Part shown: positions 32,365 to 44,454 of the stretch, piece by piece
How positions within the stretch are numbered: the stretch's first letter is position 1
Layout: every line of letters starts with the position of its first letter
From: Alloascoidea hylecoeti
Taxonomy: Eukaryota
Assembly (NCBI GenBank): GCA_001600815.1
Contig: BCKZ01000020.1
Location: forward strand, 62,001 to 107,599
Direction of reading: 5' to 3'
DNA length: 45,599 nucleotides
Program-made: the position numbers and the translations under genes
The notes under the pieces: model-generated
Databases searched by the model: none
What the model saw: only the letters and a program-made list of their open reading frames with translations
Told to the model about the DNA's origin: nothing

Positions 32365-34170
32365 TTAAACCTCCTGGGTAGTAGTATCTTCATTATGCTC
32401 TCTGTTAAGCTGACTTGGTAATGGATTTTCATCCACAAAAAGCATACATATAAATCCTAAAAACACAGTAATAGCAGCAAAGATATAAGCCCCACGACAT
32501 CCAAAAGCATAACTACTTAATACATCTAATTGATATTTTTCAGGTACATTTTTAATTTCTTCAATTGAATTTATAACATTTGAAATAATTTTTAATAACT
32601 TTTTTGTTTCATCTGGTGATAAATCATTATATTTCTTTGGAATATTTGATAAAGATGATATTAAAAAATTTTGAAATAGTGCTGATGATGCAGAAACACC
32701 AATTGTTGAACCAGTTGATCTAAAAGCATATTGAATTGATGTAGTTACTGCTTGATAAGCTTGAGGAACTGATGAAATTAAAGAAATTAAAGTAACTGTT
32801 AACATTGCAGCATATCCAAAGCCAGGGATTAATAATAATGTATATTCAGTCAATTTTGACATTATATATGGATTCTGACCATCTGGAACAGAATGAGGAT
32901 ATGAAATTCCAATAATTCTTGCTGTACCAATAGCAGCGAATATACCGGTTATAATTCCCAACCAATGATATTTACCTGTTTTTTTCATCATATATCCAGC
33001 AAAGAAACTACCTGCTGCAACACCAACAAAATTACTTATTAAAACTTCACCAACACGACTTGTTGAAATATTCTCAAGACTATAAACTGAAGAAATAAAA
33101 ATAGGTGTATAATAAAGGTATGAAAAACATCCCATAGTCATAAAAAAATTTGCCAAACTACTAAATAGAACAGTTTTATCCTTTAATAAATGAACAGGAA
33201 TAATTGGTTCTAATGCAATATATTCTTCAATGTATGCAAAAACACTTAACAACAGTAAAAATAATGATAATAGAATCCAAATTATTGGACTAGACCAAGA
33301 AACCTGACCTCCTCCAAGTGAAGTAGCCAATAAAAAACACAATAATCCAGAGACCAAAGTAAATGATCCTAAAAAGTCTACCCTTTTATATTGATTTTTT
33401 AATGATTCACCTTCATTATTAACTTCAACCGATCCATAATTAGTCCCAGGTGCAGCTGTGTTAACTTTTAATCCCTTCTTATGAGGTGTAACAAGAAATA
33501 CTTGAATCAAAACCATACTTAACAGTGCGATTGGAACTTGTATTAAAAATGCAAATCTCCATCCAAATAAATCTGTTAACAAACCACCAATTATACCTCC
33601 ACTTGCAGCACCAATACCAAATGCAACATTTCCTAAACCTTGATAAATCCCTCTATCACGTAATGAAACCAAATCACTAACGGCTATTGTAGAAAGTGAT
33701 GTTAAACCACCACCACCAATACCAGAAACTAATCTTCCTATAACAACATCTCTAAATTGTGTTGAAAATCCAACAATCAAAATTCCAATAACAAAAGCCA
33801 AATTACAAAAATGTAACATTTCTTTGCGACCGAATATATCAGATAATTTACCAAATAATGGTTGAAAAGCACTATTTGTTAATAAATAACTTGTAGCAAT
33901 CCAACTGAGATGTGTTGCTGCATTAAATTCTGATGCTATTCTTGGTGATAAAGATGTTACTATTGTAGAATCAAGTGCTGATAAAAAAACACCAACATAT
34001 AATGAAAAGATAATAATATAAAATCTAAACCTTGAAATTTCAGGTGGAGATTCTGCAGACGGTTGTTCAACATTATCATTTTGTGGTGTATTTAAGCTTA
34101 CAGAGCTTGTCGTTCTTGAACTAAGAAGTGCTGTTTGTTCATCATCAGATAGCTGTTTTTTCAGCACCAT
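32365..34170 (-). CDS. 14-TM MFS (DHA2-type) transporter, vacuolar basic amino acid transporter Vba1/Vba2-like
   Basis: 601 aa. N-terminal acidic dileucine-like signal EQTALL, FLSALDSTIV, SWIATSYLL..FQPLFGKLSDIFGRK, SDLVSLRDRGIYQG, VDFLGS, EPIIP. Confidence 0.85.
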   Translation of the reverse strand: MVLKKQLSDDEQTALLSSRTTSSVSLNTPQNDNVEQPSAESPPEISRFRFYIIIFSLYVGVFLSALDSTIVTSLSPRIASEFNAATHLSWIATSYLLTNSAFQPLFGKLSDIFGRKEMLHFCNLAFVIGILIVGFSTQFRDVVIGRLVSGIGGGGLTSLSTIAVSDLVSLRDRGIYQGLGNVAFGIGAASGGIIGGLLTDLFGWRFAFLIQVPIALLSMVLIQVFLVTPHKKGLKVNTAAPGTNYGSVEVNNEGESLKNQYKRVDFLGSFTLVSGLLCFLLATSLGGGQVSWSSPIIWILLSLFLLLLSVFAYIEEYIALEPIIPVHLLKDKTVLFSSLANFFMTMGCFSYLYYTPIFISSVYSLENISTSRVGEVLISNFVGVAAGSFFAGYMMKKTGKYHWLGIITGIFAAIGTARIIGISYPHSVPDGQNPYIMSKLTEYTLLLIPGFGYAAMLTVTLISLISSVPQAYQAVTTSIQYAFRSTGSTIGVSASSALFQNFLISSLSNIPKKYNDLSPDETKKLLKIISNVINSIEEIKNVPEKYQLDVLSSYAFGCRGAYIFAAITVFLGFICMLFVDENPLPSQLNREHNEDTTTQEV

Positions 34171-35404
34171 TTTTCTTTTTTTGATTTTTAAATAGGATTA
34201 ATATTTAATGGATTATTTATAAGGAATAGTGTTCCTCGGGCTGTAGGATATTAAATGCGTTAATTAATTGCGCTAGCTGTATAATATGAATATGATAGGG
34301 TATCTTACAAGCGACGGATTAGCACTCAACTAACAAGGTTTTAAATTTAACAGCAGAAAAAAAAAACAGGGGAGCAAAAGAAAGAAAGTTAAAACTCTCA
34401 ATTTCATAAATTTATATAATTTGATTTGATAATGACATACGAAATCGTGATAAGGATATCCTACAATTATTTTCAGTTGCCATATAATAATATTATTTTG
34501 TAAGATGATACTAGCGGTTTTGAAGTGTTTTCGTTAACGTTTTCTCGGCCGTGAATTTCTGTTCATTAGCATATCCAGGGATGTCTTTTGGATCAACTCA
34601 ACAATACTTCATAAACTTTCATATATTCCCCGCATTCCTGGCACCCATCTTCAGGATATATTCCAATAATAACTAAGTTGCAATTGGCATAAGTAACAAA
34701 ATGACTCATGATTTTAGCCATATAGCCATTAATGCAATTACTAAAAGATTACTAGTAGTGCCCAATTATAATAATGGAAATATTGATCTACGCAATGTTC
34801 GCAAAAAATACTACCCATACGTTAACGGTGATAACGAAAATTGAAATTTAGCCCTACAGCTAGAATAAATATAGGAGTAAACCCCTTGTTCTTTATCAGT
34901 TTTTAATTTCAATCATATCAATATAAATAAGCTAGATATCTCAATCGAGATGATAAATTTTCATTAAACCCCCTTTCTTAATCTGATCTCACAGCAATAG
35001 GGAGATTGTCATATTGTCAAGTAGCTATAGATCGCAGTTTAAAGACCGAAGAATAACTTGTTAGAGAGAACCGGTATATTGCGACTACGAGAATGTGGAT
35101 GCTTACACTCGATTAAAGGCATGACCTGGCTTATTATCAGTACGCTCACCAAAACCGCCAAATAGATTATACAAGAGCTTATGCTCTTTTCTGTTCTGTT
35201 AAATTACACACTTACGATGTACATTTTTATTAAATTAACTAATAATAATAACTAACTATTTAAAAAATTTAAAACTAAATTAAGACTAAAACTAATACTA
35301 AACTATCCTATATACCTATTTTTTTTAATAACTCCATCATTATATATAATATATAAATTATATCAATATTCATCGTTAACTAATTACATATTATATCATA
35401 TATT

Positions 35405-36804
35405 TCATAATAAACTATCAGTTGTGAAGACCCAATTTCCAGTTTCAGGATCATAACTTTCAAATTTTGTATCTTGCATATTTTGTAATCTTTTCAAATG
35501 TTTTTTAAATTTTGGATGATTTATATCAATAATTGGTGAATGATTATCTTTTTTAAATGGATAACATTTTTCTAAAGTAATCCTTGAAGGTACATTTAAT
35601 TCTTTACCTGGTTCTGGTTTTTCACTATCATCATTATAAACAACACATGAACCTTTTGTAAAAGCAATAATTGAACCAGGAATTTCATCAATTGATTGAA
35701 TTGATGTTAAATCAACTGGTTTTAAAAATTCAATTTTTCCAAATCCTTTACGACCAACTTTAAAATTTTCAACATTTTCTAATTGTTTTAATGTTAATGA
35801 TTCCAATTTTGAAATTGTTGGTGATATCCAATAACCAAGATCATCTATAAAATCTTCATCTTTTAAAATTAACGATGAATTTGAATTTGAATTTGAATTT
35901 AAAGTTGTTGTATTTGATTTATGATTTGTTTCAATTTTATTGGAATCAGAATTTAAAACAGGTAATATTTTTGTTGTTGGAGTTCTTCTAAAATCATCAA
36001 TAATATTATTCCTCCCACCATCATTATTATTATAACCGATACTATGTAATTTTTGCTTTTCAGGTGTTCCTAAAATCTTTTCAACAACTTCTGGTGATTT
36101 ATTCTTATCAATAACTAATTTTTTAATATCTTTTCTTGGTGTAAAAATTTCAGATGATAAAATTGCTTCATCAGTTCTTGAATCAAATAAATTTGATGAA
36201 TTAGTTTCTTGTTTTAATTTTAAAATTGATGAATTATTATTCTTTTTAGAAATATTTAAATTTATTGAATTTCTTCTTGGTGAATATCTTGGTGAAAATA
36301 ATGGTTTTGGTGATAATTTATAAGCAGATGCAAAACCTTTTTTCTTTTTTGAATTATCAATTGGTGTTGCTATTGGACCAATAGGTGTTATATCTCCTGG
36401 AACTGAAATAACACTTGCAAATAATGGATTTGGTCCATATGGATTAGAATCAATTGTTGCAACAATTTGTGGTTTGTTATTTGTAGATAGCAATCCATTG
36501 TTAACTGGAAGTGAGTTATTATTGGTATTTGTAAAAGAAAATCCATTATTTGTACTATTATTGTTATTGTTATTGTTAAAAAAACTACCTCCATTATTAT
36601 TATTTGAAAATAAACCTGTTCCAGTAGAAGCTCCATTATTATTGTTATTATTATTATTTAAGAAGGAAAATCCAGTGTTATTTGTATTATTGTTATTATT
36701 TTGAAATAACCCAGTTCCAGTTCCAATTGGCTTAAAAGCATTATTATTAGTATTGTTAGTTGGAAATGAAAACCCAGGATTAGTATTTTGATTATTTCCA
36801 ATAC

Positions 36805-36843
<39 letters not shown>

Positions 36844-36912
36844 TGGTGTTTGGGAATGAAAATCCAGTACTATTAGTAGTGTTATTATTGTTATTGGTGT
36901 TAAAAAGATTAC

Positions 36913-36957
<45 letters not shown>

Positions 36958-38224
36958 ACAAGCTAGGTTTGTTGTTATTGTTATTGTTATTAGTGAAACT
37001 AAAAGCATTATTAGTAGTACCAAATCCTGTAGGTTTCGATTGATTATTGTTTAGAAATCCTGTTGAAAATCCTGAAGTTGTACCTGCATTATTGTTGAAA
37101 CCTGAATTATTGTTGTTAAAGATACTATTAGTATTATTATTATTGTTATTGAATAAACCACCACCGTTATTATTAGTATTGTTATTTGTATTAAATAAAC
37201 CACTATTATTATTGTTATTGTTAGTATTAAAGAATCCTGTATTATTATTATTATTATTGTTGTTGTTGTTGTTATTGTTGAATAACCCACCATTTCCAGT
37301 TCCAGCAGTATTCGAATTTGAAAATGCACCAAATGTAGGCTTTGAAGTTGTTGAAAACCCACCAAATGTATTGTTATTAGTAGAAGAGAAAGCTGGCTTG
37401 TTCTGATTGAATAAACCACTATTATTGGTGTTATTATTGTTAAATAAGCCACCTCCACCATTATTATTATTGTTTGAAAACAATCCACTGGTAGCATTGT
37501 TAGTTTTATTTCCAAAACCAAAACCAGTATTTGTGGTATTATTATTTGTTGATGAATTGAATAAACCATTTCCAGTGCTACTGGTATTGAATCCAGTATT
37601 GAAAGTAGAAGTGTTTGAAGGATATCTTTTACCTTGTAGATAATCTTTAACTCTCAATTCATCAGGTGAAAAAGCTTTATATTCACCCATTGCAGAAATG
37701 TGTTCATAAGCTAGGTTGTTACCAGATGGATCCTTCTCAATAAATGATTTATAAGCAATATCAGAAGACCCTTGAATATTATTATTACCGAAAGTTGAGG
37801 ACCCAAAAGTGGTTGTTGGATTGGTTGCACCAAAAGTAGAAGAACCAAAAGTTGAAGTTGCAGGTTTATTACCAAATAATCCATTAGAGTTTGAGGTACC
37901 AAATGTATTATTTGTGCCTGAGCTCCCAAATGCACTCGTGGAGTTCCCAAAAATACTGGCGGTCGGTTTGGTAGTGGTTGATCCTCCAAACAATCCAGAA
38001 TTGTTAGTATTATTGTTATTGTTGGAACCAAATCCCCCAAAAGCATTCGAATTATTGTTATTTGTACTTGATCCGAACAACCCCCCTCCATTGCTATTGT
38101 TAGTAGAAGAACCAAACAAACCACCGCCAAGGCTATTATTATTGGTACTCCCGAAGGCAGACGTGTTGTTATTTTTATTTGCAGCGAATCCAAAGGTGGA
38201 ATTAGTATTATTTGAACCAAACAT
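35405..38224 (-). CDS. NUP116: GLFG/FG nucleoporin Nup116/Nup100 (Nup98 family) with GLEBS motif
   Basis: 939 aa. Many GLFG/FG repeats, GLEBS-like EHISAMGEYKAFSPDELRVKDYLQGKR, polyN tracts, and a C-terminal Nucleoporin2 domain (YWISP..FKVGRKGFGKIEF..PVDL..LNVPSRITL..YDPETGNWVF) without the HF/S cleavage motif. Confidence 0.85.
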
Positions 38225-38652
38225 AGTTAATTGTTATTATAAAGTGGCGGTGAGCACTAAAATGGGAGGTGGAGCAACTTTAATGCCCAGGAATGACCAG
38301 TTACCCGGGCCCCATAACCATTGACTCAAAACTCACAATATGCAGGTAATCAAAAAAGGAAATGATGAAGGTTCTCATTCATTAATCGACACATTTGTTG
38401 TAAGATAAATGAGTTACGTCTATGTAGTGAACCAATTAATACTCCTACCCTCAGACAAATAGACACCTACAGCTGGTTCAGGGCTATATTTACATTTTAA
38501 ATATAGTGCGGGCGCTAGCTGATGAATTGGTGTTTGAACTCAAAAAGATCTACACCATTTTCAACAGAAGTACAAGCTCAATACAAAATAAAACAAATAT
38601 TATATTCCGGAGAAAAGATGTCATTAACCAAAAATAAAGGGGTTGTTGAAAT

Positions 38653-38812
38653 GACCGAACATTAGTATATCAAGTGGCCGAATATTTGACTAATAAACCG
38701 GCCGATGTCTGTTCATCGGCAAAGCGGAACATTAGAAGATCACGTCGAATATTTAGCCCAACAAGTGGTGGATATTTATACATCACAATGGCCAAATACT
38801 AATGCCGAATTT
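38653..38812 (+). repeat. Degenerate ~23-bp periodic array A, core GGCCGAATATT (~8 units)
   Basis: Cores at ~38656, 38679, 38703, 38726, 38746, 38770, 38793, 38806. Confidence 0.6.
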
Positions 38813-38831
38813 ACTGTTACAGTCTTTCCAC

Positions 38832-39185
38832 TTATTATTAATAGCGCTATTTTTGAAATTAATTGGCGATAAGTCCAGGAGTTAATTAGTGACATTTCCG
38901 TAAATCAATTAGCCTTAGCTTCGGAAATTAATAAGTGATCCTATAGAATTTTATTTAGCGCTACCTAGGTATATTTGGTAGTTGCTATTTGTGGCAATCG
39001 ATTAGTCATAAGTCGGCGATAAATTCGAAAATCATTCAGCTATCACACTGGAAAGTAATTATACGTACTATGAAATTATTTAGCGATTAATTTGAATTAA
39101 TAATTAATCAGTCACTTCCCAGAGAATTAACCAGTTATGGAAGATAAAATCAGCGACTTTGCTAAAACTTAATTAGCGATGCCTC
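38832..39185 (+). repeat. Degenerate ~23-bp periodic array B, core GAAATTAATTAGCGA (~14 units)
   Basis: The core AG/GG dinucleotide recurs at 38843, 38865, 38888, 38911, 38934, 38957, 38980, 39004, then 39015, 39038, 39082, 39110, 39133, 39152, 39175. Confidence 0.7.
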
Positions 39186-39389
39186 TAAATGTCATTTGAT
39201 CTATTTTCTATAAAACTAATATTTATAATTCGATATCTAAAAGCTAAACAGAAAACAAAAACAGCGAAACACCTTCTGTATACGCCATAATGTCATACGT
39301 GACTTCAACATTTTATAACTATTTATCTTTATCTTCCAAATTCAATAGTAATGAATGTTCGGTCGCTACAGGATCCCAATTCGGGAGAG

Positions 39390-39645
39390 TATCCCCTACG
39401 AAAGTTAAGCCAAAAAACTATTTATAACATGAGGAAATCTGTACAGTAAGTCTTATGATATGGACTGAAATTTGGAAAATTGACCGTACTACGTTGTAAA
39501 GCTCAAGAGTGGCTTGGGTTCCTAAACCCCCATGCTTGTGGAGTTGCACTCGCCAAGGGAGCTAATACCAAATATTAAACATAAAATGTCGGCGCGTCAT
39601 TTCACTCAGCCCATAGTAGAATATCTAAAATTTATAACATCATGA
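39390..39645 (+). repeat. Degenerate direct repeat, copy 1 (partner ~44455-44745)
   Basis: AAATATTAAACATAAAATGTC..TCATTTCAC..TAGTAGAATATCTAAAATTTA matches 44677-44730, with weaker collinear upstream blocks. Confidence 0.7.
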
Positions 39646-39745
39646 TCATATAACTTATATAATTAACCTCGTGTTAACGTTCATCCATGTTTAATAGTCT
39701 ATGTTATTAATGTTTATGTGAACATATAATATCTATATAATATAG

Positions 39746-40102
39746 TAGGCCGCGCATTGCCTAAAATATTGTGCTCGAAATCGTTTTTGAAGGCCAAAAT
39801 TTGGGGGACGAGCAGCTCGTTTCACACCGTTTTGGAGTGTTGTTTTTTTTTTGCTCTTGTTTTAAAATTTATGGAAGTTCGTCTTGAACTCGCGAAAAAC
39901 ATTTTCAATTTTTTTAAATGTGACTTTCTCACAGTTAATCGTAACGGTTTACTATAATTAGAACTACATGTATTTAAAACTGCGTTTATTGTTTGATATA
40001 AGCTGCTCGTTCTCGGTTCGTATGCTCGTGTGTCTCAAATTTAATCGATATCTTATCGGTTCGTTGCTCGACAATGGGTCCTGCTCGGCGATGCGCGGCC
40101 TT
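39746..40102. mobile_element. Non-autonomous DNA transposon/MITE, hAT-like (357 bp)
   Basis: TIRs AGGCCGCGCATTGCC (39747-39761) and GGCGATGCGCGGCCT (40087-40101), 14/15 complementary. Candidate 8-bp TSD TAATATAG/TAATGTGG (6/8). Many internal GCTCG/GTTCG motifs near both ends. Confidence 0.7.
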
Positions 40103-40359
40103 TAATGTGGCACTTTAATACAATATCACTCTATCAAAAAAGAAAATAGAGTGGTACCAGTGTATTATACTTGATATTATTAATATTTAAGGGAATTTCC
40201 AAACCTTTATTGTCTCATTAGGGGTGAAGTTACGATATCAAACTTCGATTTAAATATTCCGCGTTTCCCATTTTTCTATTTTCATAGTTTAGCTTTTTCT
40301 GATTTCAAAAGGTTACTGTATATCTATATTCTAATATTTCCTCAACGTTCATACACATT

Positions 40360-42117
40360 ATGGCAAATGAGTCAAAAAGTAATTATAAGCACAAGTCTAC
40401 AGAGTCAAATTCGTCCACATCAAATTCTAAAGATATAGAAGATGGTAATGATGTAAACATTAACTCAAAGCTTGGTGATTTGACATCCTTATCTAATGAT
40501 GAACCTGCGGATATTTTTAAAGAAATAGATACCCAGAATATAAGAAATAATGAATTACAAAGGGTAGACACTTATCGATCTTTTGCTGGCGCCTTCAGTC
40601 CAGGTGATGAACTTAGAAAGATACCTTCAAAAAAGTCTACTGCTGGTTATGAGTCTAAAGGTGTTGATATTAAAAATATGCCATGGGATTCACCAAGCGA
40701 TCCAGGAAATCCATATAATTGGCCGAATTCAAAGAAATGGGCAGTTACATTTACGGTGGCATTTTTATGTCTCGTAGTAACAGTTGGTTCTTCATTATAT
40801 GTTTCCGGAACAGCTCACATTATGTATGAAATGGATGCATCACAAGAGCTAGTTTTATCAGGTTTAACATTCTACCTTCTTGGACTATGTCTTGGTCCTG
40901 CATTAGGAGCTCCAATTTCTGAGTTATTTGGAAGAAAGGTCGTTTATATTTCTAGTTTACCGCTTTCAATGGCGTTTACTGTTGGTATTGCAAAAGCCAA
41001 AAATATTGAGACAATATTAGTATTAAGATTTTTTAATGGTTTATTTGGTTCACCAGCTTTGGCGATTGTTGGTGGTACAATTACCGATTTATGGAACATC
41101 GACATGATTGGAGTTGCATTGAGTCTGTTTAGTTTTGCACCATTTGCTGGTCCAGTTTTGGGTCCAATTATTGGTGGGTTTGTTGCTGAAAGAAAAGGAT
41201 GGAGATGGACTATTTGGGTACAATTGATGTTTATGGGAGTTTCTTTACCATTTATTATAATGGCCCCTGAGACTTATAAGGTAGCAATTATGAAAAAAAG
41301 AGCTGAAACCAGAAATTTGAAAATAAAAAAGCCCGATATGACAAATGGTGAAATGATTAAATCATTAATTTCAATTGTTTTGACAAGACCATTGATAATG
41401 TTAATCACTGAACCAATTGTAATGGTACTTTCCATTTATACTGCATTTATTTTTTCAATTTTATTTGGATTTTTTGAAGCATATCCAATTATTTTCAGAG
41501 GTGTGTATGGAATGTCATTAGGTGTATCAGGTTTACCATTTTTAGGAATTGGTATTGGATTAGTTATTGGTGTTGCTGTTTATATCTATATTGATAGAAC
41601 AATGTTTTATCCTAAAAACCCAGATGGAACCAGAGGTAAAAGAGATGAGGCTGGAAATATAATACCGAAAATACCTGAGGAAATGTTATTACCATGTAAA
41701 ATTGGTTCGGTGATATTAGCACCTTCATTGTTTTGGAATGGATGGTCTGCAAGGACTTCAGTTCATTGGATTGTTCCTACACTTGCCGGTATACCATTTG
41801 GAACAGCATTGATTCTTATCTTTTTCACAGCAATGACATATTTTGCAGCTTCATATCCTCCAATCAGTACAGCATCTGCATTAGCAGCAAATAATCTGTT
41901 AAGGTATATTGTGGCTTGTGTTTTTCCATTGTTTACAGTTCAAATGTATAATAAATTAGGAATTGATTGGGCATCATCATTATTTGGGTTCGTTGCATTA
42001 GCACTTCTTCCAGTGCCATGGTTTTTCGAAAAATATGGTGCTAAATTAAGAGCAAGAAGTCGATATGGTTATGCTGCATTAGAGAAAAAACAAGAAGAAG
42101 AAAGCACAACTGACTAA
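40360..42117 (+). CDS. TPO4: 12-TM MFS DHA1 polyamine/drug:H+ antiporter Tpo4-like
   Basis: 585 aa. WDSPSDPGNPYNW..KKW, AFLCLVVTVGSSLYVS, LSGLTFYLLGL, APISELFGRK, PETY, FGFFEAYP follow Tpo4 as recalled. Confidence 0.88.
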   Translation: MANESKSNYKHKSTESNSSTSNSKDIEDGNDVNINSKLGDLTSLSNDEPADIFKEIDTQNIRNNELQRVDTYRSFAGAFSPGDELRKIPSKKSTAGYESKGVDIKNMPWDSPSDPGNPYNWPNSKKWAVTFTVAFLCLVVTVGSSLYVSGTAHIMYEMDASQELVLSGLTFYLLGLCLGPALGAPISELFGRKVVYISSLPLSMAFTVGIAKAKNIETILVLRFFNGLFGSPALAIVGGTITDLWNIDMIGVALSLFSFAPFAGPVLGPIIGGFVAERKGWRWTIWVQLMFMGVSLPFIIMAPETYKVAIMKKRAETRNLKIKKPDMTNGEMIKSLISIVLTRPLIMLITEPIVMVLSIYTAFIFSILFGFFEAYPIIFRGVYGMSLGVSGLPFLGIGIGLVIGVAVYIYIDRTMFYPKNPDGTRGKRDEAGNIIPKIPEEMLLPCKIGSVILAPSLFWNGWSARTSVHWIVPTLAGIPFGTALILIFFTAMTYFAASYPPISTASALAANNLLRYIVACVFPLFTVQMYNKLGIDWASSLFGFVALALLPVPWFFEKYGAKLRARSRYGYAALEKKQEEESTTD

Positions 42118-44454
42118 AATTTATAGGAGGCTTTGTTCCAGGGTTGAATTTTCATGATCGTACATGCTTGATGATACATATAAATATAATCTCATCAACA
42201 CTTAATATTCATATTTCATTTCATACATTTACTACACATAATTGAAATTGATTTTGCATTGAAACTCTTATATAGGTAATTAACTAGGTAAATACAATCA
42301 AGTCAAGAAGTGGCTGGGAAAATCCATATTGAATATCCGGCGGGTATTATCCGCTCTTGAGCAGTCGACAAGAAGTTTGTGCAACTTTCTGGGTTAAAAA
42401 ATGGTTTTAACACGACCTTTAATAATATAAATTAATTTACCAGAAACAATAATTGATACTGATTTATAATGATTACCCAATAAGATAATTCCATACACAT
42501 ATATTTGTAATTTTAATTATTAATTTTATAATCTATTCTAGATAATAATTGTAATTGCTACCGTTCTTCAAGAATGAGTTCTACGGGTATATGCAACTAC
42601 ATCTTGAATAGGCAATTTTTTATACCGTAATTGGAAAACCTGTACAATATGAAATGTTGGCTTGCAATTGCTGCAGCTGTAGAGAACATCATAATACGCT
42701 ACTCCTTGAGCTTTACGTTATGCGGCCGCATCCACCAACATGGTCACTCAGGGATCACCAAGGTCCGCGAAGTGTTTGATATTCGGGTACTGATTTTGAA
42801 GAGGGATGAAGAATCAATAATTAGATTCAAAGTTAAAGTACAATTGGGCCTCTTAAAAGACCAAACATTGACCAGTTGTTTTCTTTAAATCGATACTGTT
42901 CTAATTATTACGTCTTTGGATTCATCGAACTGTTTAGTACTCGTCCCCTATGCCTCAATTGTAGTAACTGTATAAATATAGGTTGAAAATACATCAAAAA
43001 CTTGCAATTGTGTTATCAATTGAAATTCCTATTACCGGGCACAAACTAATTAAAGTTACAGTTGCTGAAATTCCATTGTATGAAATTCTTCGATGGTCAA
43101 TAAATACAATCTCTAAATTTCTTAGCTGATTTAATATTTATATGCACACATTACGCAGTCACAGTCTATAGACTCTATACATATATACTCTTATTTATAT
43201 TTATTAATGGTTATAGAGCGGCATCTAATCAGTAAGGAGATTTGGAGAACGTTAACCATCAAACCAAAATTTTTTCACACAATCAATTATTTTTTTTGAA
43301 ACTAATTATCGTAAATATATATTCTACTTAGTATTATATATTTCCTTTATTACCCTCAATGTGATCTGAAATCTTTTTTCCCCCAGAAGTTGAGCTGTTT
43401 TTTCCGAGAAAACCTCCTTAAGCTTGCTAATCGTCAGCGCGTAATCTCAAGCAGCGAAGCTGGATTTTCGAGAAATGCCCACATAGTTAAATGAATTTTG
43501 TCACATGAATATCTATATTTAATCATTGGACACAAAAGATTATGGAACCCCTGGGTCAAATGTTCCGAATCGCTTTGGGTTAGTTCTAGATCAACCGAAA
43601 GAGCCTGAATACCACGGATGAATTCAATATATGTGTATCAGTGATGGAAAAGCCAATGATGCTATTTTTTGTTGTCGTATCTATTTATCTTCATAGTGTG
43701 AATAACAGCCTTGATCGATAACTACCGATAGGTGAGTGGGAGATATCTTTGTTGAAACTTTAAATATGAATATATATCAATCCTCATGTTCTAGAACAAT
43801 AAACAATTACTCCTCCTCCTACTTTGTGAGCATTTTGTATATTTTGTTTAACCCAGCTAAAAAATGACTACCATTCTTATGCTTTTTTGAAAATGTTAAA
43901 GGGTACAGTAGCAATCATCGAAATCGGTGTGTTTGGTTAAAGCGCGATCCGTTCAAAACATTTAGTGACTCTTTTGTCTTTTGTCTTTTGTCTCTCATTA
44001 AAGAGGAAGTAAGTTTATTTCCTTTATTCCCATTTTCATGGGTTGTGGACTGAAGAAAGAACGAACACTCGGGATTTAGAAATTTAAGTTATGTCTAAAT
44101 ATCCATACCAGCTGTACAAACTGAAAAGGATCTCACGTGTAATTTATGGAGACTCAGTCCTTATTTAGGCTCATTAATTACTTACATATGTAAACTATAA
44201 ACAAGAAGATAATAGACATTGGTACGTAGGTGGACAAAGGAAACATTAGGGTAGCAATTAATTATGGACATATGAAGTCAACACAAATGTATACAATTTA
44301 AGGAACAAGTAATTAGTAATTAGTATGTATGAAAATACTATATGCATGCTATGGAAACAATAAATTGAACTACATATAAAGAAATCAACCCTACACATCC
44401 ATTTACCTCTGAAAAATCATAAATTCATAATCATTTTACATTTAGTTATAAATA

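Noticed and set aside
36388..38324. Leu/Ile-rich alternative-frame and antisense ORFs in NUP116
   Set aside because: Shadows of (AAT)n repeats.
38832..39185. CRISPR interpretation of the repeat-spacer-like array
   Set aside because: Eukaryotic locus, degenerate repeats, ~8-bp spacers and no cas genes.
42631..42888. 85-aa ORF and other short intergenic ORFs (29674, 39757, 44855)
   Set aside because: Non-ATG starts, no recognisable motifs or coding bias.
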